A stretch of 64,000 nt of DNA from Balanoglossus misakiensis (taxonomy: Eukaryota; Animalia; Hemichordata), in NCBI GenBank assembly GCA_040954595.2, contig CM082589.2, positions 2,473,498-2,537,497 on the forward strand, given 5' to 3'. Position numbers and translations under genes: made by a program. Below, piece after piece: positions 51,410 through 64,000 of this stretch. The notes below the pieces were generated by a model that was not told where the DNA came from, ran no database searches, and saw only the letters and a list, made by a program, of their open reading frames with translations. Each line of letters starts with the position of its first letter. Position 1 is the first letter of the stretch.

Positions 51410-53565
51410 GCTTATAAAATGGCGTCAACCAACCATAACCATACTCATCTAATCACAATTTTTGTGCATTTTTGCTGCACCTGAAATAAAATTATACGCC
51501 ATTTTGGTCAATAAGGACTGTTGAACTTTACAACAGAACAGGGCGGAGCATTAACACGTAAACATAGTCAATGATTTATTGCATAGGTCTGGGACTAATT
51601 GGAGAAATGAAATAACAACATGTTCTTGTAAATATATAACGATGCAGATGGGGGGGGGGGGGGGGTGATGTTAGTCTAATGTAACTTCGTCGCCGCGAAT
51701 GTGAAGATAGAAGGCCCGCAACATTACAAACTACAGTGTTCCGTATCAACCATAAAAATTTGATTGGTATCAAAATCACTTATGTCCTGAACCCACAATA
51801 TGAATGTTCAGAAAAATCTGTCTATAAATCATTGCTAACTGCCAATATTTTAAAGTCATATATCCAAACTTATATTGAAATCTATGTATCAGGCGGCTAG
51901 TATAGTCCTTGTCAACATGACAAAGACTATACTGTACAGCCATAGGCATGAGATACAAAACCAATTAAATCAACATCCACGATCTACATTACTTGTTTGT
52001 CTGATTCTAAATATACACCAGGTCGAAGTGTAGATTTAGCTTATATCCGCCGACAAACGTTTCTGTACGTTTATCAACTTGTGGCGTACTGGGCAGGTCG
52101 CCAGCTTTGGCTCCAGAAGTCGATCGATTGGTGGGTCTCTCCTTATGTCTAAGGTAAAGTCAATAAATGTTAGCAGACACTAGTACGCGTTGTTTTAGAA
52201 CTTTATCAGTGAGACATGTCCTGACACAACAATGCATAGCTGAACTGCCAGTCTGCTGTTTGGCAACAGTGGAACTTGTATTAGACTAGCGGAGTAGGTT
52301 AAAATGGGCCACAATTTGAAACGGGGAGAGGTGTGGCGCAGAATTGTCTGTGTTCACACACACCTGTACGCAGAGCTATAAGTAATGTGGTAGTAGCTTT
52401 GGCTTGTAAGTAGATGAGGAGTGTTTATTTTGTTTGGCAAATGAACTCAACTTCGAGGTTGGCGCCATTTTTAACGTTGGAAATAACTTTCGTCTATTCG
52501 TCTAATTACTGGCACAGGTCGCAGCACCCGAGCCTGCGCAGATTTACGGCACGCCGAAGCCTTGACACTCGGGAAAGATTTTCTACCTTTGCTCTAATAT
52601 CTGGGGTAGTTCGTCCTGTCATTGTTGTGTAGATTAGGTAAAGGTAACTATATTAAAATGTTGTGTGTTTAGATAAAAAGTGAAAACAAATAAACTTCTC
52701 CAAGTTAAAAGGGCGCGTTTACATCTTCGAAGTTTGTTGGCACATTTCTTCATAGTGTAAACATAGTGAATTATCATGAATATGGGGACTGGGCAGTGGT
52801 CGGGGAGTCGATGCGTTCTCAAAGCGCCACCAATATAATGTCTATTCGAAAGTATGCGGTATGCAGTAGAGTATACGGTGAAAATCTAATAATGTGGTCA
52901 GAAACCGCACGACACTTTATCAGTGAGACATGTCCTGACACAAAAATGCATAGCTGAACTGCCAGTCCGCCGTTTGGCAACAGTGTAGAAAATAGTTAGA
53001 AAAATCTATCGGTGAGCATATCAAACAGTCGATATTACAAGATCATCTTGTCCTCGAACTTGAAAAGTCTCCAAGCATGAATCTGTATGCAAATTTAACA
53101 AACTCCCGAAAAGATTATCATTCTTTCGCACAAACAGGAATTTTGTGTAACACGGTCAGCATCAGTACAGTACCACGTTACTCGAATTAGGGTCACAACA
53201 TCCACAGGGGATGGGCGTTTTATGTGAACTATAAACTTGATTGAAATAGCTGACTAGCTGACACGAAAGTAACATAAATGCCACCATATTATAAAAACAC
53301 AGGAATTATAATCTATCAAGTTCAAATCTCTGTCAGGCATGAGACGTTTCCCAGTTTGTGATTTACAGGAAGTGAATAACTCAGTCTTCAGTTTGATTGT
53401 TCACTCATGAGTTATTGTGGAACATTTGCACAATTTGACTCCAGTTTTTATGCCTATTGTCCTTCATATTCAGTGACCACTATTTGTGTGCAAGTATAGG
53501 TGAAACCCTCACCATTTCTTTTTTGTCTTTGTCATTTTCGTGATGCACAACGTTTACAGAAGTGT

Positions 53566-56500
53566 TTATTGGGCAAACACTTTAATGCAGTCATTGATGC
53601 AGTCAACTACAGCCACTCTGCATGGGACATCATTGGTCAGTGTGATACCATGTGGCCACTCAAGTCCATCCTCATCACTGTCAATGCGAGATATGAATCT
53701 GCCTCTGCTGTCGAACTTCACCACGCGTTTGTTTCCTCTGTCACAGACATACACATATCCGTCTTCATCTGTCACCACTCCCCTAGGGAATTTCAGGCTG
53801 ACATCTGCGCTGATGTTGCGTAATGAGTACAAAAACTCACAATCTGCATTGAACACCTGAACACGGTTATTGTTTATATCTGATACAAATGCTTCTCCTC
53901 GACTGTTGATATCCACATATACAGGTCCGAAGAATTCTCCCTCTTCAGTGCCATGTTTTCCAAAGGATTTGATGTGCTGACCTTGCTGTGTGTATTTCCT
54001 GACACAGTAACTACCTTCCTTGTCTGTGTCATCACCCTTTCCATCATAGTCTGTGACATACACACTGCCATCTAGAGGACTGATACCAATTCCTTGGGCA
54101 TATTTCAGTTCAGGTTTTCCGAAGTGTCTGAGTACTTGTCCATCCTCATCGCTTACAACTACTTGACTGTTGCCCCGATCAGTCATGAAGTATTCATCAT
54201 CAGCTGATACTGACACATCCTTTGGTTGAAAGGGCTTCTCAAACTGTGTGAATGTTAAACTTGATTTGTAATTTCCATCTCTGTCGGCTATGTGTAGCCT
54301 ATTGTTATCTCTATCAGCTGTAACAAAGTCGCCGTGTTTATTAGTAGTTATCCCTAATGGTCTGTCAAGCTGACCTTTGCCTATTATCTTCACCAAGCCC
54401 TTGACAGAAATTACAAATGGTGATCCTGGTATCGGCTGATCACCAAGGGTTATGGCGACTTCATGTCTACCACCGACATCTGCGTGAATTCTCACACTGT
54501 GTGTACCATCTCTGTTGTCAACCACTCCAACGTCTACTTGTGACCCATCTTCTTTACAGAACTTTGCTGTGATTGCTTTGTATGGAATGACTGGTTTTCC
54601 TCTTCTGTCTTCGATTCTGACAATGACGTCAGCAGACTCACCCCGGACGAGTCTTTTGGGAATATCCTCTACTCTACACTGGGATGCACTGATATCGAGT
54701 GTCAGAAATCCCAGCATTCCATGCTGCAGAGGGTCAGCAGAAGGATGGAATTTGATTAACTCGGATTTTATGAACTGATTCACTTTATGAACAAATTCTT
54801 GAATGTGAAGCAGAGTTTGTTTCTTTGACGACATTAGGTGAGCAGAACTCCCATCATTCACCAGTGCGTCAATATAATCGCATGCCTTGGAAATATTTCC
54901 ATGTTTTTCTTCCCAATCATCTACTTCAGTTTCGATGGTGTGTCTGATCATCTTGTATCCAAGTTTCATCTCTTCAACCAGTCTGAACTCTTCCCTCTTC
55001 ACCATTTTTAGTATCTTCTTTGCTTTATTTCTCACTTTCTCCTCTTCCTCTTGACGATGTACTTCCAGGTCATCTTTGATACCCTCACCTCCAGTGTCAC
55101 GTGACATGACGGCCTGTTCAGTTCCTCTCAACTTCACCACCATCTCTCTCAGTTGTTTTCTGTAATCATCAGCGGCAACTTGTATCTGTCTGTGGACATG
55201 GTCAGGAATAGGATGTGCAGTGATACACTCAGGACAGATGCATACTTGACAGCTATCACAAAACAGATGTACTTCATTCTGTGTGTGAAAGCTGCAGTAC
55301 ACTTGACTTTGTTGTGATTTCTGACTTGATATTTCTTTCAAGTATTTGTCAAGTGTGACGTCACTCTGACCTTTGACTGCTTCTGTGTCCTCATGGACAG
55401 TTATACAGGAAGAACAAAACTTGGCACTGCACTCTCTGCATCTATGTAGCGATTCAGTTTCTTTGCAACCTTCACATTGACCTATTTCTAAATCTTCGGT
55501 TTTCTCTGTTTCTTTTGCAAAACTCGCCTTTAAAGAAAAAGTTGTGAAAAATATATATTATTAAACAATTTAAGGGACTGGTTTTCCTGATTAAAAATAT
55601 TCTGACACTTTTTGGTATCATTGTCGAAGGCTTAAATTTATGAAAAAACGATCTCGAGAATCAAAGTATAATAAACACGTGACAAAAGCAGTATATTATA
55701 TGCTGTACGTTATTAAAACAGTTTACTTGAACATACATGTATAGTGATTTCAACCCGATGATGTTCACGTAATGTACACCAAACTTTATATTCCATTGGA
55801 AATGATTATCTGGGTATTAAATGTTTACTTACTGTTGAGGGCGCACCTCGTTTTGTTCTCTCACGAACTGCAATTTTTTCAGCTAGCTCTTTTTCAATCT
55901 GCAGTCGTTTGATTTCGGCTTGCTGAATTGATTCTGTCTGCTTCAGTTCAGCAATCTGTGCAGTGTTAATGTTGGCTTGCTTCTTGAGTTTTTCTAGCTG
56001 ATCTTTGATTTCGTCTGTGTCTATTTCTAAGTCCTCAGTTTTGTGTGCTTCCTTTGCAATACTTGCCTATAAAGAAAATATTGTGATATTTGTATTATTA
56101 AACAATTTAAAAGTATTGATGCCAATAAAATGTCTCTCTTTTGTGGCAACACGCTTGAAGATAATTAGTCAAGTAAAAAAAACACGACAAATAGTTGCAT
56201 TTGATAGTAAAATTTGCAATGCATAAATGACAAAATACGGTTAGTGTCATTTCAGTAGTTTTTGTTTTGTGTATGAACTAAAATACGCAATGAAACAGGG
56301 GTCACATAGCTTAAATTTAGTCAGTAAAGAAATGAAGTTTTCACCAATGGTTTTTCTATTGGCGAACACATTCAACAAAGTTTATCTCCTAATTGAGCAC
56401 GGTGACTATATTATTTTTTTGACCAGTGAATTTAATTTCATTTGGAAGAACTATGACTAAAACTTCATGAAAATGACAAAATCAGAAGCAATCAGACGAT

Positions 56501-59166
56501 AAATATGTCTTAAAAAGCTTAAAAAGTGTGCACCTATACCTTAGCTTGGCGCCATGTTTTACTTTTAAATCCGTTACTATTTTACATACCGTCAGTCGAT
56601 TGATTTCTTCTTCACATTCTGCCTTTGTGATTCGAAGATCCTTAATCACATTTTGGTCTGCAGCATGCTTCAATGCCACGAGTTTCACCACAGCTTTACT
56701 GTAATTTAGGGCCACCTACAAAATATACATAATACATGCACCCTTTTATCAGACTTTGCTCATGTCAAGAATATAAGACTTGCAACAGGTTCGGATATAA
56801 ATCGCTTGATTCTGTTGAGCGATAAATTTCTTCCACTCCATGGCGACACATCAGAGTCGAAATCGGTTGAACGGATGTAGGCCTTGGTCTACATTAAGAA
56901 TGTCATTGTATGTATCGGTAAACTACATTTTTGTAAGTTGAGCGTCAACGTCTAATTCTTAAGTCTTTATAGACAGGTACATTACTACGATTGCATTCGG
57001 ACTGGAATCCATATTATCATTAGTAAATAGTACTAGTCACAACCTAGGCGACTAAGGTCAACCTTATGACCCTGACAACCCATGAATGTTGATAACATAT
57101 CGTTGGGTCAAAGGTGATTATTGATATTCTGAAACTGACCCCACTTGAGTGATATGGGTCATGGATTCCCGAGTGGCCGAAAATATACTTTATAGAATAA
57201 ACTTATAAAGGCATGGGAATCGCGTCAGTTGACTACGTGCACTTACCAAAGACGTCGACACAAGTTTCATTTTCATATTTGCTGCATATTTCTGGTGCTC
57301 TGTCTTGAGTTCTGCTGCATATTTGGAAGATGTCTCCTTCTCTGTTTTGAGTTCCTTGATTCTGTGTTGTGATGCCTGGAGAAGAGACCTTCTGCCGAAT
57401 TCTGATATTTCATTTAAAGTCGGCCAGACTGTTGACATCAAGTTCAGTACATCGATACAAGGAAATCTCAGTGTGATGGACTGCAATCTTCTGTTTCTTG
57501 CGTTCTCTGTGTGTAAACAAAATATTTAAATATCGGGATGCACATATACCACAGCTACTATCACATTATACTCAGGGTACAGCAACAAGAAAATATAGCA
57601 AAATTAAATGGTGATATGGGAAATTATAAGCTATATTCGGGCAAAATTATTACTCGAATACGTGTGATGCCGCCAACTGCATAAAGGTATACATTTCGTG
57701 ATAAGCTGTTTTGATTACAGGCATACAACATCTCATTTTATGTAACGTCGATAAAATGCGTTTTAATTGATTACCTTTGAAATATTGTATTCCTATGTCC
57801 AACTGTAACTGGTCAACTTGAACAGCTATGTAGAATTCAACATTGGATGCTTTGTCTGCAATTAGTGCTTTGATTCTCGGTGATATCAGGATGTCACTCA
57901 ATTCTTGCTCAACATCGCCATTTCTAAGTCCTTTTCTGAAGCACTGGATACCATATATCTCAAAAGCTCGAAGTGCTAGGATAACAGATGATATCTTTAT
58001 CCCCATCAGCTCTATGCGATACTGTTTAAGGGCTTTATACATCGCCTTGGACTTGTCAGGACATTCTCCTTTCTTGATTTCAGCGATTTCGTATTTGTAT
58101 ATCTCCTTTGCACTCTGGAATAATTCTAATTGTATCCATTGCTCTAATTGATCGCCGCGTTTTGCCAGATCTATGCTGACATCAAAATCTGAAATTGTAA
58201 TGTTTTTGATGAGTTTCAATATACATGTATACAGAGTGAACTTTTAAAGTATGGACTAAAATCTAATTAATTATCTATCAAAAGTCTCATGTTACTCAGT
58301 CTGGCTGTAAAATTCAATGACGCATTACTGATCAAATACCGACTGATTGCTAGATAAAAACACACAGAGAATAAGGATGCGTTTACTGCTATTCGGGGAT
58401 GAAGGAATGTCAATTACATTGTAACGGCTTACTAATTTTTGACCTCTCAATGCCCCAAATAATACAGAAGGTACTCACCAACGTAGGGCTGCATTTCTGA
58501 TCCTGGCAGGTCAGTGACACTTGATCGCCTTCTTCTTTGCCCTTAAGTAAAATAAAATGTAAAAATGCATTGATAAAACTTACAAAGTATCGAAAACAGA
58601 GTTACTTGCCAATTTCTCCCGCTGATTTTCAAAACCGTTCCCCAAGTTTAAGTACAAGTACCTGACCAGTCCATAAATAAATGCATCACCAAATACCCCA
58701 CAGGCAGAGTAGAGGACAAGGTGTTATCCTTCTGTAGTAAAATCATTATTTTTTTAAACGGTAATAAAAGGGAAAGTTATTCACTTTTAAAATAGCTTGT
58801 ATCTGTCCGTTTGAAGGAATCTGTAGCTGACGCCATAATGTGATTGTTATAATGAGGTTCAGTATCCGTAAAAGACTCACCTAATGCGTTCGATTGAAAA
58901 GTTTCCACTTTCTTCTTTAGCTCTGGGAGTTTTAAAAGTCCCATAAGATCAACCAATACCTCCACGTTCTCTTCGGACACATGACCACTTTCTTCCAATT
59001 TCTCAAAAACGTCCATAGCAGTTTCGGTTTTCTCAACTTCGGTTTTGGTCAGTTGGTTCCCTCTGATTAGCGACTTCATCAGCTTTACATTTTCCTTGCT
59101 TAGTTCTTGGTGTAAAGTTAGTAAGAGAATCCTGAGCGGCGGTATTTTGGTTGACCTAGTCTCCAT
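53566..59166 (-). CDS. Same DED-to-NHL protein, copy B, ~1114 aa
   Basis: Exons 59166-58881, 58541-58479, 58188-57775, 57506-57247, 56715-56590, 56066-55833, 55527-53566, each the same length as in copy A; offset about 7.76 kb. Confidence 0.8.
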
Positions 59167-62016
59167 GCTTATAAAATGGCGTCAACCAACCATAACCATA
59201 CTCATCTAATCACAATTTTTGTGCATTTTTGCTGCACCTGAAATAAAATTATACGCCATTTTGGTCGATAAGGACTGTTGAACTTTACAACAGAACAGGG
59301 CGGGAGCATTAACACGTAAACATAGTCAATGATTTATCGCAAAGGTCTGGGACTAATTGGAGAAATGAAATAACAACACGTTCTTGTAAATATATAACGA
59401 TGCAGATGGGGGTGGGGGGGTGATGTTAGTCTAATGTAACTTCGTCGCCGCGAATTTGAAGATAGAAGGCCCGCAACATTACAAACTAGTGTTCCGAATA
59501 AACCATTAAATTTTGATTGGTATCAAAATCACTTAAGTCCCGAATCCAGAATACATGAATGCTTCAGAAAAATCTGTCTATAAATCATTGCTAACTGCCA
59601 ATATTTTAAAGTCATATATCCAAACTTATATTGGAATCTATGTATCAGACGGCTAGTATAGTCCTTGTCAACATGACAAAGACTATACTGTACAGCCATA
59701 GGCATATCTACATTACTTGTTTGTCTGATTCTAAATGTACACCAGGTCGAAGTGTAGATTTAGTAACGAGCTTATTCGCCGACAAAGTTTATCAACTTGT
59801 GGCGTACTGGGCAGGTCGCCAGCTTTGGCTCCAGAAGTCGATAAATTGGTGGGTCTCTCCTTATGTCTAAGGTATTATCAATAAATGTTAGCAGACACTA
59901 GTACGCGTTGCTTTATAACTTTATCAGTGAGACATGTCCTGACACAAAAATGCATAGCTGAACTGCCAGTCTGCCGGTTGGCAACAGTGGAACTTGTATT
60001 AGACTAGGGGAGTAGGTTAAAATGGGCCACAATTTGAAACGGGGAGAGGTGTGGCGCAGAATTGTCTGTGTTCACACAGACCTGTACGCAGAGCTATAAG
60101 CAATGTAATAGTTGCTTTGGCTTGTAAGTAGATGAGGAGTGTTCATTTTGTTTGGCAAATGAACTCCAACTTCGAGGTTGGCGCCATTTTTAACGTTGGA
60201 AATAACTTTCGTCTATTCATCTAATTACTGGCACAGGTCGCAGCGCCCGAGCCTGCAGTATGCGCAGATTTACGGCACGCCGAAGCCTTGACACTCGGGA
60301 AAGATTTTCTACCTTTGCTCTAATATCTGGGGTAGTTCGTCCTGTCATTGTTGTGTAGATTAGGTAAAGGTAACTATATTAAAATGTTGTGTGTTTAGAT
60401 AAAAAGTGAAAATAAATAAACTCAGAATCTCCAAGTTAAAGGGGCGCGTGTAAGTCTTCGAAGTTTGTTGGAACACTTCTTCATAGTAACAGAGTGAATA
60501 TGGGGACCGGACCGGGCAGTGGTCGGGGAGTCGATGCGTTCTCAAAGCGCCACCAATGTCTATTCCAAAGTATGCGGTATGCAGTAGAGTATGCGTTGAA
60601 AATCTAATAATGTGGTCAGAAACCGCACGACACTGAAATGTCCAATTACTCCACGGGAAGTCACTCTTGACCCAGTAGTGGAAAAACCGACCGTGTGTGC
60701 AACTTAAGAATTTCACAGCTGAAATCAAGTTCACCAACGTCGAGTCATTCATAGAAGGATACGAGAGAGATGAGACTGGAATTTCACTTCGCTTTTGTCA
60801 CCGTTATTCTGTTGTTTCTCGTCCTTTTAGGTGAGTACAATAGAATTTCGTTGGGTATATTAGGAGAGTAAAATATTTGGCAAGAAGCATAAATTTCAAG
60901 CAATATTTCATAACTTTTTCCGCGCACATTTACAGGGTGGGTGTAGTCCCGTCTGCGGATATGCGTCCCCATACCACACAGTCGAGTGTCAAGTCAAACT
61001 ATACAATGCGTTATTACTATTTATCACATTTCCAATTTACTTTGAAATGACATTTACATGTACGTTGACAGGGTCTCTCAATGCTGATGATGTGTTTATA
61101 AATGGAAAAGTCGCCCATGTGAAGTTCAGGCGACCATCTCCCTTTAAAGCGACCAGTCTGTCGTATCAGATCAAAAGTCACCAAGACTGCGCGTTTATTC
61201 CTTAGTAAACGCTCTGAGAAGTTACTCTTTTGATACATTCTGTTTTTTTGCGTTTGGTACATCAATCGGCACCAGTGCTAAAGAAAAACTGCATTAACAC
61301 AAGCAAGCTTCTGAGTCATAACCTTCACACTGACTTCAATTAACTCACAAGTCAACATATGTTTTTGATGTCCTTACACTTCAGAAAGCACTGCCTTGGC
61401 CATTTGACTAAAAACAAAGTACTTAGAAAAATCTATCGGTGAGCATATCAAACAGTGATTACAAAATCATCTTGTCCTCGAACTTGAAAAGTCTCCAAGC
61501 ATGAATTTAAATAAAACAAGAATATGTATGCAAATTTAACAAACTCCCGAAAAGATAATCATTCTTTCGCACAAACAGGAATTTTGTGTAACGCGGTCAG
61601 CATCAGTACAGTACCACGTTACTCAAATTAGGGTCACCACATCCACGGGAGATGGGCGTTTTATGTGAACTATAAACTTGATTGAAATAGCTGACGACGG
61701 AGTAATTTCTGTCATGCAAGACGCACGAAAGTAACATAAATGCAACCACATTATAAAAAACAAAGGAATTATAATCTATACCCCAAGTTCAAATCGCTGT
61801 CAGGCATGAAACGTTTCCCAGTTTGTGATTTATAGGAAGTGAATAACTCAGTCTTCAGTTTCATTGTTCCCTCGTGAGTTATTGTGGAACATTTTCACAA
61901 TTTGACACCAGTTTCTATGCCTATTGTCCTTCATATTCATGACCCACTATTTGTGAAACTCTCACAATGTCTTTGATTTTTGTCACTTTCAGGATACACA
62001 ACTTTTGCTGCTGTGT

Positions 62017-63978
62017 TTATTGGGCAAACACTTTAATGCAGTCATTTTCATGGTCAACTACAGCCACTCTGCATGCCACATCATTGGTCAGTGTGATACC
62101 AGCTGGCCACTCAAGTCCATCCTCATCACTGTCAATGCGAGATATGAATCTGCCTCTGCTGTCTAACTTCACCACGCGTTTGTTTCCTTTGTCACAGACA
62201 TACACATATCCGTCTTTATCTGCCACTATTCCCCTTGGCCATTTCAGGCTGTCATCTGCGCTGATGTTTCCAAATGAGTATAAAAACTCACAGTCTGCAC
62301 TGTAAACCTGAACACGGTAATTGTTCATATCTGATACAAATGCTTCTCCTCGACTGTTGATATCCACATATCCAGGTCCTTTGAATTCTCCCTCTTCAGT
62401 GCCATGCTTTCCAAAGGATTTGATGTGCTGACCTTGCTGTGTGTATTTCCTGACACAGTGACTACCTTCCTTGTCTGTGTCACCAGCCTTTCCATCCCAG
62501 TCTGTGACATACACACTGCCATCTAGAGGACTGATAGCAATTCCTTGGGCATATTTCAGTTCAGGTTTTCCGAAGTGCCTGAGTACTTGTCCATCCTCAT
62601 CGCTTACAACTACTTGATTGTTGCCGTCATCTGTCATGAAGTATTCGTCATCAGCTGATACTGCCACTTTGTTTGGTAGAAAGGGCTTCTCAAACTGTGT
62701 GAACGTTAAACTTGATTTGTCATTTCCATCTCTGTCGGCTATGTATACCCTATTGTTACCCCAGTCAGCTGTAACAAAGTCGCCGTGTTTATTAGTAGTT
62801 ATCCCTACTGGCCTTCTAAGCTGACCTTTGCCTATTACCTTCACCAAACCCTTGACAGAAATTACAAATGGTGATCCTGGTATCGGCTGATCACCAAGTG
62901 TTATGTTGACTTCATGTCTACCACCGACATCTGCGTGAATTCTCAGACTGTGTGTACCATCTCTGTTGTCAATAACTCCAATGTCTTTTTGTGACCCATC
63001 TTCTTTGCAGATCTTTGCTGTGATTGCTTTGTGTGGTGTGACTGGTTTCCCTCTTCTATCTTCGACTCTGACAATGACGTCAGCAGACTCACCCCTGACG
63101 AGTCTTGTGGGAATATCCTCTACTCTACACTGGGATGCACTGATATCTAATGTCAGTAATCCCAGCATTCCATGCTGCAGAGGGTCAGCAGAAGGATGGA
63201 ATTTGATTAACTCGGATTTTATGAACTGATTCACTTTATGAACAAATTCATGAATGTGAAGCAGAGTTTGTTTCTTTGATGACATTAGGTGAGCAGAACT
63301 CCCATCAATCACCAGTGCTTCCATGTAATCGCATGCCTTGGAAATATTTCCATGTTTTTCTTCCCAATCATCCACTTCAGTTTCGATGGTGTGTCTGATC
63401 ATCTTGTATTCATCTTTCATCTCTTCAACCAGTCTGAACTCTTCCCTCTTCACCATTTTTATTATCTTCTTTGCTTTATTTCTCACTTTCTCCTCTTCCT
63501 CTCGATGATGTACTTCCAGGTCATCTTTGATATCCTCACCTCCAGTGTCACGTGACATGACGGCCTTTTCAGTTCCTCTCAACTTCGCCACCATCTCTCT
63601 CAGTTGTTTTCTGTAATCATCAGCGACATCGTGTATCTGTCTGTGGACATGGTCAGGAATAGGATGTGCAGTGATACACTCAGGACAGATGCATAGTTGA
63701 CAGCTATCACAAAACAGATTTACTTCATTCTGTGTGTGAACGCTGCAGTATGCTTGACTTTGTTGTGATTGCTGACTTGATATTTCTTTCAAATATTTGT
63801 CGAGTGTGACGTCACTCTGACCTTTGACTGCTTCAGTGTCCTCGTGGACAGTTATACAGGAAGAACAAAACTTGGCATTGCACTCTCTGCATCCATGTAG
63901 CGATTCAGTTTCTTTGCAACCTTCACATTGACCTATTTCTAAATCTTCGGTTTTCTCTGTTTCTTTTGCAAAACTCGC
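62017..63978 (-). CDS. Terminal exon (B-box, coiled coil, filamin, NHL) of copy C; upstream exons lie beyond the window
   Basis: 1962-nt open exon with the same AAG|GCGAGTTTTGCA acceptor and the same length as the last exons of copies A and B. Confidence 0.82.
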   Translation of the reverse strand, partial: ASFAKETEKTEDLEIGQCEGCKETESLHGCRECNAKFCSSCITVHEDTEAVKGQSDVTLDKYLKEISSQQSQQSQAYCSVHTQNEVNLFCDSCQLCICPECITAHPIPDHVHRQIHDVADDYRKQLREMVAKLRGTEKAVMSRDTGGEDIKDDLEVHHREEEEKVRNKAKKIIKMVKREEFRLVEEMKDEYKMIRHTIETEVDDWEEKHGNISKACDYMEALVIDGSSAHLMSSKKQTLLHIHEFVHKVNQFIKSELIKFHPSADPLQHGMLGLLTLDISASQCRVEDIPTRLVRGESADVIVRVEDRRGKPVTPHKAITAKICKEDGSQKDIGVIDNRDGTHSLRIHADVGGRHEVNITLGDQPIPGSPFVISVKGLVKVIGKGQLRRPVGITTNKHGDFVTADWGNNRVYIADRDGNDKSSLTFTQFEKPFLPNKVAVSADDEYFMTDDGNNQVVVSDEDGQVLRHFGKPELKYAQGIAISPLDGSVYVTDWDGKAGDTDKEGSHCVRKYTQQGQHIKSFGKHGTEEGEFKGPGYVDINSRGEAFVSDMNNYRVQVYSADCEFLYSFGNISADDSLKWPRGIVADKDGYVYVCDKGNKRVVKLDSRGRFISRIDSDEDGLEWPAGITLTNDVACRVAVVDHENDCIKVFAQ

Positions 63979-64000
63979 CTTTAAAGAAAAAGTTGTGAAA

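Larger units (their letters stand above)
45640..64000. repeat. Tandem segmental duplication, unit about 7.8-8.5 kb, at least 2.3 copies
   Basis: Exons, introns and intergenic DNA recur at offsets of ~7757-7770 bp (A to B) and 8451 bp (B to C terminal exon). Confidence 0.95.

Noticed and set aside
45796-63978. Diversity-generating retroelement or somatic diversification cassette to explain NHL variability
   Set aside because: No reverse transcriptase or template repeat is visible; differences are not obviously adenine-restricted and each copy seen in full is a complete gene

Overview
Eukaryotic (animal) genomic DNA with GT-AG introns; gene content suggests a marine invertebrate deuterostome such as a hemichordate or echinoderm (inference only). 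Left to right: (1) about 8.9 kb of an 87/88-bp satellite with two 17-monomer higher-order repeats; (2) an ATAD2/ATAD2B gene ending next to the satellite, head-to-head with a TMEM244-like gene; (3) a compact 17-kb cluster of three membrane-anchored O-fucosyltransferase-family genes and five CHST-type carbohydrate sulfotransferases with single-exon coding regions, a candidate sulfated fucose-glycan biosynthetic cluster; (4) CIB1; (5) a tandem array (two complete copies plus the last exon of a third) of a 7-exon, ~1114-aa gene with an unusual predicted architecture: death-effector domain, TRADD-N-like domain, coiled coil, B-box1/B-box2, coiled coil, filamin, NHL propeller, and no RING. Its signalling half is almost identical between copies, while the predicted top-face loops of the NHL propeller are hypervariable, as expected of a diversifying innate-immune sensor. 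Two non-autonomous DNA transposons with TIRs and TSDs are also present. Exon boundaries were read by eye and domain calls come from motif recognition, not database searches.
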